Positions 1-10,173 of a DNA stretch of 64,000 nucleotides are shown piece by piece. Position 1 is the first letter of the stretch. Every line of letters starts with the position of its first letter. The position numbers were made by a program, and so were the translations under genes. The stretch covers positions 32,001 to 96,000 of IMG/VR virus record IMGVR_UViG_3300021476_000423. One strand, 5' to 3'. The notes under the pieces were generated by a model. It had not been told where the DNA came from, searched no databases, and saw only the letters and a program-made list of their open reading frames with translations. The stretch is from a virus.

Positions 1-1533
1 CGGCTCAAAGCCGAGAGCCTTTCTCACTTCGTTCTTAGTAAGGATTCTAGAGGCATAGAGTGGAAGGTAGGTCTTGGCTTTGTCTTCGAGAGTGTCTTCC
101 TTCTGAGGCTTCCAGATGAACTTGGGCACATCGAACTCTTTGATAATCTCGTCGGCCAAATCGCCGTAGAGCGACTGCATAATCATAGTCATAAGAGTGT
201 GTTCGAGTTGGGCATTAAGAGACTGGCGGTTGCTGTTGGTGAAGGTGAAGTATCCCTTCTCAACGGTCTGAGCCGTTGCTCTGTTCAATCCGGCAGGGTC
301 GGTAAAGAACTTCGGGACAGTCAAAGCATAGGTTCTCATATTGTGAAGCCACTGCAACCAGAACGAAGTGGTCTGCATCCTGTCGATTGGCGGGTCGATA
401 GGGTCTACCTGCACCGGAGTCGTTGCCCTAATCACAAGCGACTGGCCGGGTTGAGCATTGTTAAAGAACCTCTTGACCTGCTGATACTGTGAAGCGGTCA
501 CATCCGGTGTGGGCAATCCAACAGTGTTAGCCCCACCTACTCTGACCAAGAACATCGGCTTCAGAAAGACATTCATGATGGCTCCCATCGTTTGCTCATA
601 GTTCTTGATGAGTTCCTGATGGAAGAGGATGGGTCTCAACATGGAAACACCGTAGACAGATTCGTAAGTCCATGATGTAGGCATATAGCGTAGGTGAATC
701 ATCTCGTCGGCTAGGAAGGTGACAAGCGGAAAGACATAGTATTGGACATACCCTAGTATGGTTCCGTAGGCATCCCTTCTGACCCGCATATACATCGGGT
801 CGAGTGGCTTGAATCGTGTAATCTCCCCATATTTGTTCTCTATCTTGTGGCCGGGATAGAGTTTGTCGTGGCGGGCGGCAACTTCCATACGGTCAGTCCA
901 CCAATACGACTGACCATTCTTTGAGGTAGCATTGTAAGAGATACGGAGTGCTTCCAAATCGTGTTCTTCTGGTGAGAGGCAATACCAAGTCCTGACAACC
1001 TCACAATAGGCATTGCCAAAGACGAACATATCCTTCACAAGTATCTTGAGCAGATTGAGGAAGTCATGGCGGTCTAGGAATGCTTTGACATCCTTGGTAA
1101 CGGTTTCGAGTGGATAGTCGAGTTCATATCCTTGCGAGATGGTCATCTGCGTGTGGAAGTCAATCGTGGCCCGAATGAACGGCTCCTGAACGTAGTATTG
1201 CTTATACTTCTGATAGTCTTCGGTAGGGACGGCTCCCCAAATCTTCTCCCAAACAGCGACGTAAGGATAGACCGTAAAACCCATACCCAAGCCGGGTAGT
1301 TCTTTGGTGGCATATTCTTCCCACGCAAAGTCTCTCCACCATGCTTCACCTCTGTCTATCTGACCAATCTGTTGCTCGGTTGGCGGCTTGTAAGAGGCTT
1401 GGAGACGGGCTAGAGTCTGGTCATCAAATCCTCTCGGAGAACCTGACTGTTGGTCGATGGTGCGATTCTGACCTGTGATTCTCGCTTGTCGAAGTGCTCC
1501 AACGAGAATATTATCCTTATCTTCACTACTCAT
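1..1533 (-). CDS. Phage portal protein (runs off the left edge; missing from the ORF track)
   Basis: Segments translated by hand from the ATG at 1533 and at the window edge are in one frame: MSSEDKDNIL...DMFVFGNAYCE...LKPLDPMYMRV...EMIHLRY...YGVSMLRP...ILTKNEVRKALGFEP. The GNAY, LDP, YGxS and LTxNEVR motifs are typical of portals. Confidence 0.85.
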   Translation of the reverse strand, partial: MSSEDKDNILVGALRQARITGQNRTIDQQSGSPRGFDDQTLARLQASYKPPTEQQIGQIDRGEAWWRDFAWEEYATKELPGLGMGFTVYPYVAVWEKIWGAVPTEDYQKYKQYYVQEPFIRATIDFHTQMTISQGYELDYPLETVTKDVKAFLDRHDFLNLLKILVKDMFVFGNAYCEVVRTWYCLSPEEHDLEALRISYNATSKNGQSYWWTDRMEVAARHDKLYPGHKIENKYGEITRFKPLDPMYMRVRRDAYGTILGYVQYYVFPLVTFLADEMIHLRYMPTSWTYESVYGVSMLRPILFHQELIKNYEQTMGAIMNVFLKPMFLVRVGGANTVGLPTPDVTASQYQQVKRFFNNAQPGQSLVIRATTPVQVDPIDPPIDRMQTTSFWLQWLHNMRTYALTVPKFFTDPAGLNRATAQTVEKGYFTFTNSNRQSLNAQLEHTLMTMIMQSLYGDLADEIIKEFDVPKFIWKPQKEDTLEDKAKTYLPLYASRILTKNEVRKALGFEP

Positions 1534-1590
1534 ATCTCACTGTTCCAATTCTTTAAATAGTCCAAGTGCTTAATAAGCATTCAGGGAACC

Positions 1591-3519
1591 ATGAGCGATA
1601 AATCGGTGAAGAAAACACTCGACTGGCCTAACTGGAAAGAGCATCAGACTCTACCCGTTCAAGGTCATTACACTGAAGAAGTGCAAGACCAAAGCCAAAA
1701 CCCTAGCCAACAACTCAATCCTACTGAGAATCAGAATATGACCCCTCTCGGACAAAACCAATTTATGCCTACCGCCACTATTGGATATGGGGGAAAGGGC
1801 GAAGGTAGTGTCGTATGCGGAAGGCACAATAAATCGTGGTTTTCTCACACTCAAGCAGAACTTGAAGAGGATATGGCAGAGGGCAAGGTTAGTGCTGAAG
1901 AGGGCACCGAAATCACGCCCGAAGTAGAGGCCGACCTTTCCATCGATGTTGATTGCCCCTCATGCGGTAAGCAGTCCTTCTTAGGGCCGCTAGGCTCTGA
2001 GAATGTCTTCAAGGCTGGCAAGTGGGTGTGCCCCTTCTGCAACTACATTGAGGTTATCGAATCCGAAGAAGACTTGGAAGACTTGCTTTTTAATGTCTTT
2101 GATGATGAAGAGGATTTTACATTGGACGAACAAGATTCGTTAGAATGTCCGATATGTGAGCAAACCTTCAAAGAGGATGAGTTAGACCATCACCTATCCT
2201 TCGCCCACAGTTTGGGGAAGAGTGAAGTCAGCATTCGAAATGTTGACCCTGCTTGGTGCGAAAAGCACAACAAACCAATAGACCTACACAATGGGTTTGA
2301 GATTGATGAAGATACTCGTGAATCAATGGGTAAACCAGAAGAAGTCCAAGGGATGACATCGAAAGATGTGGATACCTTTGTCGGAGGCCGATGCAAACAC
2401 GGAAAGCATATCAATGAACCCTGTGAAGGATGTGACGAAGCGAGACAAGCCGAACTTGAGTATGATTACGAAACTGACGAAGAGGGAGTGGCCGCTATGA
2501 AGGAAGCCCCTCTGACAGACCCAAGAGAAAGAGACAAAGAAAAGGGATTGGATGTTGAAAAGGAGCCGGGTGCAGACCTTTCGCCAGAGGCTCAGAAGAT
2601 TGCAGGAGTTGACCCTGAGAGTAGGGCGCAAAGACAGCAAGAGAAACCCAAGTTGGAAGTGGATATTGACCAGAAGATTACCATCCTTGGAAAGACAGGT
2701 TCGGGTAAGACCAACCTCATCAAAGTTCTCATGTCGGACATCCTACCAGACTACCATTTTGTAGTGTTGGATGCTATTGGCAATCTAACCGAATATGAAG
2801 GTCAGCCTAACGTAGACTATCATCAGACCAATCCTACCAATGATGCTGAAGTTGACCAGATAATCTACTCGGCGCTTGAGAAAGGAGACTGTATGGTTGT
2901 GATAGATGAGGTTGACCGTTACAACTCCAAGAAGGGCACAATGCTCAATGAGTTGGTGAACGTGGGCCGCAACTACGGTGTTGGAGGCGTTTTCGCCGCC
3001 CGTAGAACAGCAAGTATTGATAAGGATGTTTTGGCTAATTCATCCTACATCTTCACTTTCCAGCACATTCTACCACAGGATTTGGACGTTCTCATTGATT
3101 GGTTCGCACAACCAGAAGAGACCTTCCGAGACCTACAAGAGTTTGAGGCCATCCTATTCAAAGACGGAGACCAGATTTGGGTAGGTCTAGTGCCAGAAAA
3201 GCCTACGACCAAGCCAACTAAGAAACCCACTCTTCCCAAGAAACCGAAGCAACCACAACAAAAGGGTAAGGGGCCAGAGCAGAAGGGACAATCACCAGAG
3301 GGTGGGAGCAAACCACCTACCGACGAAGGTGCAGAGAAAGAGCCAGTGGAAAAGAAGCCACCCGAACTAACTCCGGCTGACGAAGGTGAGGTTCAAGCCG
3401 CAGAGAAATCTGAGGCGAGATATGCCGCCGAAGCCCCATTTATGTGTGAAATGGATGGTCAACGGTTTAAGTATGAGAGTGATTTCGAAGACCATATGGT
3501 GAGTCAACACGCCTATTAG
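1591..3519 (+). CDS. HerA/FtsK-superfamily P-loop ATPase embedded in acidic Zn-finger-rich regions
   Basis: Walker A GKTGSGKT, Walker B VVIDEVD and GRNYGV arginine-finger motif. The N-terminal ~350 aa are acidic with CxxC/C2H2 modules; the C-terminal tail is Pro/Lys-rich. Confidence 0.75.
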   Translation: MSDKSVKKTLDWPNWKEHQTLPVQGHYTEEVQDQSQNPSQQLNPTENQNMTPLGQNQFMPTATIGYGGKGEGSVVCGRHNKSWFSHTQAELEEDMAEGKVSAEEGTEITPEVEADLSIDVDCPSCGKQSFLGPLGSENVFKAGKWVCPFCNYIEVIESEEDLEDLLFNVFDDEEDFTLDEQDSLECPICEQTFKEDELDHHLSFAHSLGKSEVSIRNVDPAWCEKHNKPIDLHNGFEIDEDTRESMGKPEEVQGMTSKDVDTFVGGRCKHGKHINEPCEGCDEARQAELEYDYETDEEGVAAMKEAPLTDPRERDKEKGLDVEKEPGADLSPEAQKIAGVDPESRAQRQQEKPKLEVDIDQKITILGKTGSGKTNLIKVLMSDILPDYHFVVLDAIGNLTEYEGQPNVDYHQTNPTNDAEVDQIIYSALEKGDCMVVIDEVDRYNSKKGTMLNELVNVGRNYGVGGVFAARRTASIDKDVLANSSYIFTFQHILPQDLDVLIDWFAQPEETFRDLQEFEAILFKDGDQIWVGLVPEKPTTKPTKKPTLPKKPKQPQQKGKGPEQKGQSPEGGSKPPTDEGAEKEPVEKKPPELTPADEGEVQAAEKSEARYAAEAPFMCEMDGQRFKYESDFEDHMVSQHAY

Positions 3520-3565
3520 TATCCCACCGTGGATACTCGGTAAGTTCGACCCTACTACTTGGTTA

Positions 3566-3799
3566 TTGGCGCAAGAGACTCATCTCCTGCTAGGCATTCT
3601 AGCCATCATCTTCTGTAAGGCTTACGACCTTCCCTATTGGCAAGGTGTAGTCGCAATGTCGGCCTTCGTTCTCATCAAAGAGTTGCTTATCGACCCTTGG
3701 CTTGAGGGCAATCCATTTTTCTGGAATGGAGCCATAGATACCTTGTTCTATGTAGTGGGATTTGGAATAGGTCTAGGATTGGTCTACCTACTCAAGTAG
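3566..3799 (+). CDS. Small membrane protein
   Basis: Two to three hydrophobic segments in 77 aa. Confidence 0.5.
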   Translation: MAQETHLLLGILAIIFCKAYDLPYWQGVVAMSAFVLIKELLIDPWLEGNPFFWNGAIDTLFYVVGFGIGLGLVYLLK

Positions 3800-3834
3800 G
3801 AAACCTTAAATAACCAATTTGGGAAGTTGCCCCC

Positions 3835-4053
3835 ATGAGCCTTGCAGGGAAACTCAAGGGACAAGTAATCGTCAAAAAGACAAGGGAAATTGCTGGACTT
3901 CAGGAAAGGATTCAGCCACCCTGCGGCCTTTGTGGAAGAAAGACCTATCGTTTGAATGATGTCCATGCTTCAGTATGTTTAGGATGTGACGAAGACGATG
4001 TGCTTTGCGATTGTCAACCAATCCAGAAGTTTGGCACCCAACTAATAGGTTAG
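3835..4053 (+). CDS. Small Cys-rich (Zn-binding) protein
   Basis: CGLC, CLGC and CDC motifs; CCTTAAATAA TATA-like element upstream. Confidence 0.5.
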   Translation: MSLAGKLKGQVIVKKTREIAGLQERIQPPCGLCGRKTYRLNDVHASVCLGCDEDDVLCDCQPIQKFGTQLIG

Positions 4054-4273
4054 TTTCTGGATATTCAAACCAAACCGAGCATCCTCATTCGACAAGAGAA
4101 AGCGGTCAGTCACTATATCGATAGGAGCGTGGCCGAATTCAATCGTGATGTGTGTGCCATCAGGATGGTAAACGAAAGCAATGAGGAATCTATCGAGAAC
4201 GCTGTGCAACTCGACTAACCGTTTCATATCCCTATATTCGTAGGGTTGATATTTAAGGAAATTGATTGCTAAA

Positions 4274-4471
4274 CTAGGAGCCTATTCCATAATTAAGTCT
4301 TATCCAATGGCCTTGTTTTTGCTGAGTGTGCTCTGCTGAACGTCTTTTTATCACCTTGTAAGTCGGCTCATTTTCATCCTTCCAATCACAACTCTGACAG
4401 TAAGCGGAATAGGTATGGCGAGAATCGAGCATGATGGCTTTGTCGAGTTGTTCTTCGTTGGCGTAATTCAT
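4274..4471 (-). CDS. LANQ-motif small protein with C2H2-like finger
   Basis: Starts MNYANEEQLDKA; contains CQSC...H...H; ATGA overlap with the upstream ORF. Confidence 0.7.
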   Translation of the reverse strand: MNYANEEQLDKAIMLDSRHTYSAYCQSCDWKDENEPTYKVIKRRSAEHTQQKQGHWIRLNYGIGS

Positions 4472-4776
4472 GTTTCCACCTTATCCAAATGCACAATGCG
4501 ATTGTGTTTTCCATCTGTTTCGTCATTCACCATACACTTTTCGCAAATGAAAGAATCGCATCCATAACACCAAACGAAATTAGTAACTATCTCACCACAA
4601 TTGAAACAGGGGCCGATGAACTCTGGTATGAATTCCTCTCTGGATAGGTCGTCGGGAAGACCCAAATCGGCTCTCTCTTGGTCGGTAAGGGAAGCACCAT
4701 CAATCGGAACTCTCAGCAGACCATTTCCCTTCTTGAAGAAGGTCTTATTGAGTTCCCCTTGGTTAGCCAATTGCAT
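4468..4776 (-). CDS. LANQ-motif small protein with Cys-rich finger
   Basis: Starts MQLANQGELNK; contains CFNC, CYGC and CEKC. Confidence 0.7.
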   Translation of the reverse strand: MQLANQGELNKTFFKKGNGLLRVPIDGASLTDQERADLGLPDDLSREEFIPEFIGPCFNCGEIVTNFVWCYGCDSFICEKCMVNDETDGKHNRIVHLDKVET

Positions 4777-4958
4777 TATCTATCAGCATCCATCAATTGG
4801 TCGAAGTTGGCTAAAAGCATTCCGTATTCATGATGTGAGGCTTCAATAGTGGCACAAGGGTCACATAGGGCTTGCTCAGGATGCTGAATCGGTTCGCATC
4901 CACAGAGACATTGTAACAGGTCTTCAGGAAAGTTTTGACCGCAACGACTACACCGCAT
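4776..4958 (-). CDS. Small Cys-rich protein with a C-terminal LANQ-like segment
   Basis: CSRC, CLCGC and CDPC; ends MLLANFDQLMDADR; coupled to its neighbours. Confidence 0.5.
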   Translation of the reverse strand: MRCSRCGQNFPEDLLQCLCGCEPIQHPEQALCDPCATIEASHHEYGMLLANFDQLMDADR

Positions 4959-6234
4959 TTGGATGCTCCCTTATTTTGGCGATGTCTGTATTGAGATAGA
5001 TTTCGAAGATATTTTTTGGTGGCGAAAAGTGATGTTCTCTACCCTCTGTGGCTATGTGTTTGGCTATGATGGGCATGGCCCTTGCTTTATCTTGCCAAAC
5101 TTTTGTTTCAAAGTAAAGACGTTGAGCAGGTGTGACCATTCTTTCGTCTTTGATTGCGGTTTCTTTAAAGATGGAACTCATAAGTTCATCCCAAGAATGC
5201 TGAAGTGCTCTCAGAATGCGGTCTTCGGGCATAGGAGGAAAGGTGGCTTTCTCTAGTATGTTCCGTGGGATTGGTGGCAAGTCGGGTAAGTCTATCTTCT
5301 CTTTGAAGCCGATGAGTCTACCGTTCTTGTAGACCTTCCCCACCACACCCTCTCTCTTGTGCCGCTTGGCCCACGTTTTCCATTCCTCAATCTTAGGTGA
5401 CAGGTCTTCCATCTTCCAAGGTGTGAAAGTCTCAGTGGCTTCTACAAGAGACAACTTGTAGTGGTAGGCCATCTGATAGACTAGAGTGTAGGGCAGATAA
5501 GACTTGGCATCTATATCGTAGATGTCAAAGAGATACCAATGAGCATACTTGTGGGCTGGCTCAATGCGAGTCGGCCCCTTACCCTTGTTGACCAACTCAC
5601 CATAGAGAACGAGATTCTTGCCAAAATTCATCCATTCTGACCGAAGCAATTCTAAGGCATTTGGATACTCTGGTGTATTTGAGACTCGATAAATCATCTT
5701 GGGGTCAGCATTGACCATATTGTGACTAGACACATGAATCATCTTCTTTTCTGGCTCAACTTTCACATTCTCTTCAAGCCACAATGAGACGTTTTCGCCA
5801 TCTCGCTTGGGAAAGACGTAGACTATCTCGCCTAGTAACTCTCGTCCTTCCTCTTCAAGCCGCTTGACACACTCTAACTCTATGTAGCGTTGCCACGGAT
5901 ACTTTTGCCCAAGAGCATCACGCATCTCGACAAATCGCATGGTCTCTTCGTCTACCACTTCTTTGACAATAGTAGGCAGTTTTAGTAGTTCTTCGTCAAA
6001 AGATTGGTAGATAACCTTGTAGAGAGAATCACTTCGGTAGGAGATGTCAGGGTCTTCAACTTTTTCTACCTTTTCCAATATTCTTGCGATTCGATGAGTC
6101 GGCACAATCTCTGCAATCTTTTCAAATTCCTTCAGAGGCAAATCAATAAGTTCTTTGTAATCTCTATATTGGATTCTATAGTTACCTTCTGTAAATCTTG
6201 CTTTAGCATAGGCTTCCTCTAATTTTCCTTTCAA
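4948..6234 (-). CDS. ATP-dependent RNA ligase-like nucleotidyltransferase
   Basis: Motif I KRDGEN, III VLYGEL, IIIa YLFDI, IV REGVVGK, V FKEK; no obvious OB domain. Confidence 0.75.
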   Translation of the reverse strand: MKGKLEEAYAKARFTEGNYRIQYRDYKELIDLPLKEFEKIAEIVPTHRIARILEKVEKVEDPDISYRSDSLYKVIYQSFDEELLKLPTIVKEVVDEETMRFVEMRDALGQKYPWQRYIELECVKRLEEEGRELLGEIVYVFPKRDGENVSLWLEENVKVEPEKKMIHVSSHNMVNADPKMIYRVSNTPEYPNALELLRSEWMNFGKNLVLYGELVNKGKGPTRIEPAHKYAHWYLFDIYDIDAKSYLPYTLVYQMAYHYKLSLVEATETFTPWKMEDLSPKIEEWKTWAKRHKREGVVGKVYKNGRLIGFKEKIDLPDLPPIPRNILEKATFPPMPEDRILRALQHSWDELMSSIFKETAIKDERMVTPAQRLYFETKVWQDKARAMPIIAKHIATEGREHHFSPPKNIFEIYLNTDIAKIREHPNAV

Positions 6235-6518
6235 GGACTACATCCTGTCGCAGATTGCAGGATAATTGCATCGCCAAAGTTCTGCTCGTAGACACTATAG
6301 CAACCACCTATTTGAACGACTGGAAGAGAATAAGGTGAGTCTACGACATACCCATGCTTGAAGTAGAGTTTGCTTCCGTCTGCGTTTACCCCTATTAGCG
6401 TATCTTTGAACTTAAAGGTGGTTTGATTGACATAAGAGAAGGAGATACCAAGTCCCAATAATATCAGGACTATAATTCCAACAATTACGATTTTATCCGC
6501 ATTTTCTCTGATTTTCAT
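6231..6518 (-). CDS. Membrane-anchored small protein
   Basis: N-terminal hydrophobic helix; overlapping start/stop junctions on both sides. Confidence 0.55.
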   Translation of the reverse strand: MKIRENADKIVIVGIIVLILLGLGISFSYVNQTTFKFKDTLIGVNADGSKLYFKHGYVVDSPYSLPVVQIGGCYSVYEQNFGDAIILQSATGCSP

Positions 6519-7264
6519 GGGTAATCCACTTGCTCCACTAGGTCGCGGTCATGGTAGATAAGGATTTTGTTCCCTAACAGAGCATAATGTTGGTCTTGGG
6601 GTGACGAATCAACCCTAACAAACCTAGTGGCTCCATGCACTTCTCCCACCTTGAAGGGGCCAGACAAATGGCCAGAGAACCAGATGCGGGGTCGGACTAT
6701 TCCCACCACATCGGTTAGCACTTGAAACTCTTCAGTGGGATGGAATCTCGTTTCATCGGACATAGGAATACTGGCATGAGTGCAAAGCACATCTATCGGC
6801 CCTTTTTGGGCTAGAGTGTTAGCGGCGGCAAGGTATTCTTCTGGTAGAAGTCTAGGAACCCAAGTGATGTCAGTAGTATGCCCTTTGTAGGTCTCTTTGT
6901 AATTCATTCTACGTCTTCTTTCTTTCACATCACCCATGATGCCATTGATGAAACCGAACTTCCAACTCTGTATCATCCGTGTCTCGCCATCTCTAGCCCA
7001 TACTTTACTCCTATCCAGATTCCGAAGCCCCTTCATCATCTGCACATTGTCATGGTTGCCGAAGATGGCGTGAACTTTAACCACTTGAAGTAGGTTCTCC
7101 CATTCCTCTTCATCCCAAGCATACCCCGTATCGCCGCAAAGCACCAAGTCACTTGGTCTATGAAAGTCAACCATCTGAAGCATCCACTTGAGAGCATCCC
7201 CTTCCCACACTCGACCATGAAAATCCTTCTCGTAATGGATGTCAGACATGACCATGATGCTCAT
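6515..7264 (-). CDS. Calcineurin-like metallophosphoesterase
   Basis: SDIH, CGD, GNHD, THA and SGH motifs. Confidence 0.85.
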   Translation of the reverse strand: MSIMVMSDIHYEKDFHGRVWEGDALKWMLQMVDFHRPSDLVLCGDTGYAWDEEEWENLLQVVKVHAIFGNHDNVQMMKGLRNLDRSKVWARDGETRMIQSWKFGFINGIMGDVKERRRRMNYKETYKGHTTDITWVPRLLPEEYLAAANTLAQKGPIDVLCTHASIPMSDETRFHPTEEFQVLTDVVGIVRPRIWFSGHLSGPFKVGEVHGATRFVRVDSSPQDQHYALLGNKILIYHDRDLVEQVDYP

Positions 7265-7488
7265 ATTCCTATGCTCCCAAACATTTGTCTGTGAACCTCT
7301 GCTCTAACTCTTTTCATACCTTCGAGTGTGAGGTCTGCTTCATAAGTAATTTGGCCGTTTTCCCAATGTGCATCAATTATTTTTCCGATAATGTTACCCA
7401 ACTCATCTTTGAGAGGAACGCCCACCATACCATAGCAATTGGCCTTATTCAGTTGTTCTTGGTTGGCCAACCGAAGTTGCTGACTCAT
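7261..7488 (-). CDS. LANQ-motif small protein (likely start 7488, not 7623)
   Basis: MSQQLRLANQEQLNKA; ATGA overlap with the stop of the upstream membrane ORF. Confidence 0.65.
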   Translation of the reverse strand: MSQQLRLANQEQLNKANCYGMVGVPLKDELGNIIGKIIDAHWENGQITYEADLTLEGMKRVRAEVHRQMFGSIGI

Positions 7489-7646
7489 AGTTCTTTCCCT
7501 ATCACAGAGAAAACAATAGCACCTATGAAACACAGACCGCTTACGATTATGTCTGGTGTGTTGTTGCGAATCAAACCTATCGTCAAAGAGACAAAACCAA
7601 GGACTCCTACAATGAAACCGCACAACATAATAAGTTTGTCGGTCAT
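7485..7646 (-). CDS. Small two-TM membrane protein
   Basis: MTDKLIMLCGFIVGVLGF..., two hydrophobic helices, ATGA coupling. Confidence 0.55.
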   Translation of the reverse strand: MTDKLIMLCGFIVGVLGFVSLTIGLIRNNTPDIIVSGLCFIGAIVFSVIGKEL

Positions 7647-7816
7647 TCTTTCATCCCATGCCCATAGAGAATGCAAGTGAAGCAATACCACGCTTGGCGA
7701 AGTTTGAACCTTCTCAGCCCCTTACCCGCATTTGGAGAGAGTGCTCTGGCCAAAGAGAGAATACAGTCATCAATGTCTTGTCTCGTCATAAATTGGAAAA
7801 GTTCAGTTTCTTTCAA
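7643..7816 (-). CDS. 57-aa protein, paralog of 46291..46464 (not in track)
   Basis: TTG start; (M)KETELFQFMTRQDIDDCILSLARALSPNAGKGLRRFKLRQAWYCFTCILYGHGMKE. Confidence 0.6.
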   Translation of the reverse strand: MKETELFQFMTRQDIDDCILSLARALSPNAGKGLRRFKLRQAWYCFTCILYGHGMKE

Positions 7817-7971
7817 TCTTCATCGCCTCTAATGGGAATCTCTATGTCCTGCCCACTTTTGTTTCGGGTGTAAATGATGAGCATTTCATCTGACCCCAAC
7901 TTGAGTTTCCAAGCCGGATAGAATTCTCCGGTCTTTGCACTCTTACGCATGAGAACAAGTTCCTTAGTCAT
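7813..7971 (-). CDS. 52-aa hypothetical protein (not in track)
   Basis: MTKELVLMRKSAKTGEFYPAWKLKLG...; fills the operon gap with overlapping junctions. Confidence 0.5.
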   Translation of the reverse strand: MTKELVLMRKSAKTGEFYPAWKLKLGSDEMLIIYTRNKSGQDIEIPIRGDED

Positions 7972-8242
7972 TGTGGATTACCCCATTCTCTTGCCATGCT
8001 CCACAACTTGGCATAGAACAATAGCCTATCATACTTCCACTTGGGCCATATCCACTTCTCCAATCATGGATATGCTTTTTGGCTTTTTCCCCATGAATAA
8101 ATCGCTTGGCATCTCTATCCACCTTTACTTCCTGTAGTAATTGAAGAGCATAGGCTTTGAGCGCATGATTCATGAGTGAATTACCTACCATCAGGTCTAT
8201 CGCTCTTATTGCGTCTATAGCCTTCTCTAGTTTTGCATCCAT
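7964..8242 (-). CDS. Hypothetical protein with C-terminal His/Cys motif
   Basis: HIHDW...CSMPSC; part of the coupled operon. Confidence 0.5.
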   Translation of the reverse strand: MDAKLEKAIDAIRAIDLMVGNSLMNHALKAYALQLLQEVKVDRDAKRFIHGEKAKKHIHDWRSGYGPSGSMIGYCSMPSCGAWQENGVIHND

Positions 8243-8694
8243 CAGCCTTTCCCCCTTCTACTTGGCTTATATTTGCTCACGATTCTCTGCTTCTTTGGTT
8301 TCTTACCCAAAGCAATCTCTTCGTATTGGTTGGTGCAACAACCGTCGCAAGTGTGAACTTCATTACTATGTCCCACCCCATGTTCACAGAGTTCTTCCAC
8401 ATCACCATCATCTCCAATGATGAAATCGCCCGTCAATTGGGCTAATTGCTCATTGGTAACATAGGGTTTCATATCTTCTTCCCATCTCGCACACAGGGAT
8501 ACCACACTACGGCTGAGAAACCACAAAGAACGCACTTGAAGTAGGGAGTCATTCTGTCTCCAACAAGAAAGACAGGCTTGCCGCCATAAACGTGCTGTGG
8601 CCCTCTTTCACATTTGATAACCTCCGGTGGTCTGCCTCTTATCTTTCGGATGTGAGAATGCCGTGACTCCAAACATAGCCCAAATTCCATTTGA

Positions 8695-9183
8695 TTATCT
8701 CCTCCTTCGGTGGTATTTAGCCGTTCTGTCCTTTGCATTCATATATCGTTCATAGGCTTCTCGACTTAACCTATCGGCCTTCTCATTCTCCTCTCTAGGA
8801 ATCCACTGGAACTTAAGGTTCTTGAAATTGAACTTGAGTTTGGCGGCTTCGAAATAGTAGGGTAGATAGGCACCTTGATTGGTTCCCCATTCTCCATTCA
8901 ACTGTTTAGCCACCACTTGATTGTCAGTGTAGAAGATAATCTCTCTGTCAGTTAGGGAACGGCCAACCAATATTCTAAGAGCATCTGCCACGCCAGCATA
9001 CTCGGCCACCACAGAAGTCATACCCTCTCCTTCACCAATCACACCATGCGCCGAGTAGATTTCGGTGCGGTCATCCTTTCCTATGACCACCTCAATGATA
9101 ACTCCATAGGTTGCCACCCCGTTGGGATTAGAAGGTTCGCATAAACCATCAGTATGGACTTCTATCATGATAGAACAATCCAA
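8695..9183 (-). CDS. rnhA: Ribonuclease HI
   Basis: HTDG...NP, AEYAG, YTDNQVV and WIPREENEKADRLS catalytic pattern. Confidence 0.9.
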   Translation of the reverse strand: MDCSIMIEVHTDGLCEPSNPNGVATYGVIIEVVIGKDDRTEIYSAHGVIGEGEGMTSVVAEYAGVADALRILVGRSLTDREIIFYTDNQVVAKQLNGEWGTNQGAYLPYYFEAAKLKFNFKNLKFQWIPREENEKADRLSREAYERYMNAKDRTAKYHRRRR

Positions 9184-9790
9184 TAGGGTAGACGGGATAA
9201 AGCATTGAGATTCTTGATGTAGTCATCGTGCAGTAAGTAGGCTTCCTTTTCGACGGCTTCCCGAAGTTGTTTGATATGCCGAAGCGTTGTCAATTTGAAT
9301 ACCTCTGCTTGTGTTTTCAGAGGAATGACTCTTTCGTTTGGGTCATCAAGTTCGAGAGATATTCGGGATGCAAGAGCCACACGCCGCATCTGAAGAATAA
9401 TCTTCCCTGCAAGTATCTGATTCCAGTAGTCCAAACCCACTTCCGAAAAGTTAATCAACCATTCCTCAAACTTTGTTCTTTTGACGAAGGCTTTGCGACG
9501 ACGATTTTCTAAGGTGGCTTGTGCTCTGCTGAAGCGTCTAAACTTAGTGTCATCGGTGAAGTAATAATACTTCTCTTCTTCGTCATACTGGATTTCGGGA
9601 TACTCCCTCTGCCAATCGGCATAATCCTGATGAGCCACTTCTTTCGTATATTTGCGATAGAATCGAATCGCCATTAGAATCTGAGTATGGCCCCAACGTG
9701 GGTCGTAAAAAACTTCGTATGTCTTCTTTATGATGGGCAAGTCATCCAGAGCCTTCCACTCTGGCACTTGGTCAATCTTTCGCCAACTCA
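9165..9790 (-). CDS. Hypothetical protein (likely start MSWRKID)
   Basis: Long ORF in the coupled operon; no motif recognised. Confidence 0.5.
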
Positions 9791-10173
9791 TCCTTCTCTT
9801 CCTCTTCCTTCTTGATTGCGCCACCCGGCAAAGCCCCAATCATGGCTATCTCATGCGCTTTAGTGGCTTCTTCGGCCACTGACTTGAGTTCGGGTGCGGC
9901 CTCTTCCAACTTCTTTTGGCCGGGAATCTCTGGTGGCGGCGGAATGGGTCGTTGCTCCATCTTACTCTTGATAGAGAGAAGCAACACCAACTCGGCTCTC
10001 ATCTTCTGCTTCCGCTTGGGGCGTGTGCTTGAAAGACCGATGTGCGCTTGAAGCATCTTAATCCTGCGTTCCACAGTGCCTTTGATGTAGACATTCCCCA
10101 TGACTTGGGAGAATCCTGTTTTAGCGTTCAATTTGCGAAGTTCCTTGGATTCCTCAGAAGTGAGAGCAGTCAT
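9772..10173 (-). CDS. Hypothetical basic/acidic protein
   Basis: ORF in the coupled operon. Confidence 0.5.
   Translation of the reverse strand: MTALTSEESKELRKLNAKTGFSQVMGNVYIKGTVERRIKMLQAHIGLSSTRPKRKQKMRAELVLLLSIKSKMEQRPIPPPPEIPGQKKLEEAAPELKSVAEEATKAHEIAMIGALPGGAIKKEEEEKDELAKD

Noticed and set aside
199-1349. Track ORFs 199..492 and 1143..1349
   Set aside because: They are shadow frames overlapping the portal gene; the same applies to most short antisense ORFs in the track.
4948-6234. DNA ligase
   Set aside because: No OB-fold or motif VI recognised; the layout fits RNA ligases better, though this is untested.
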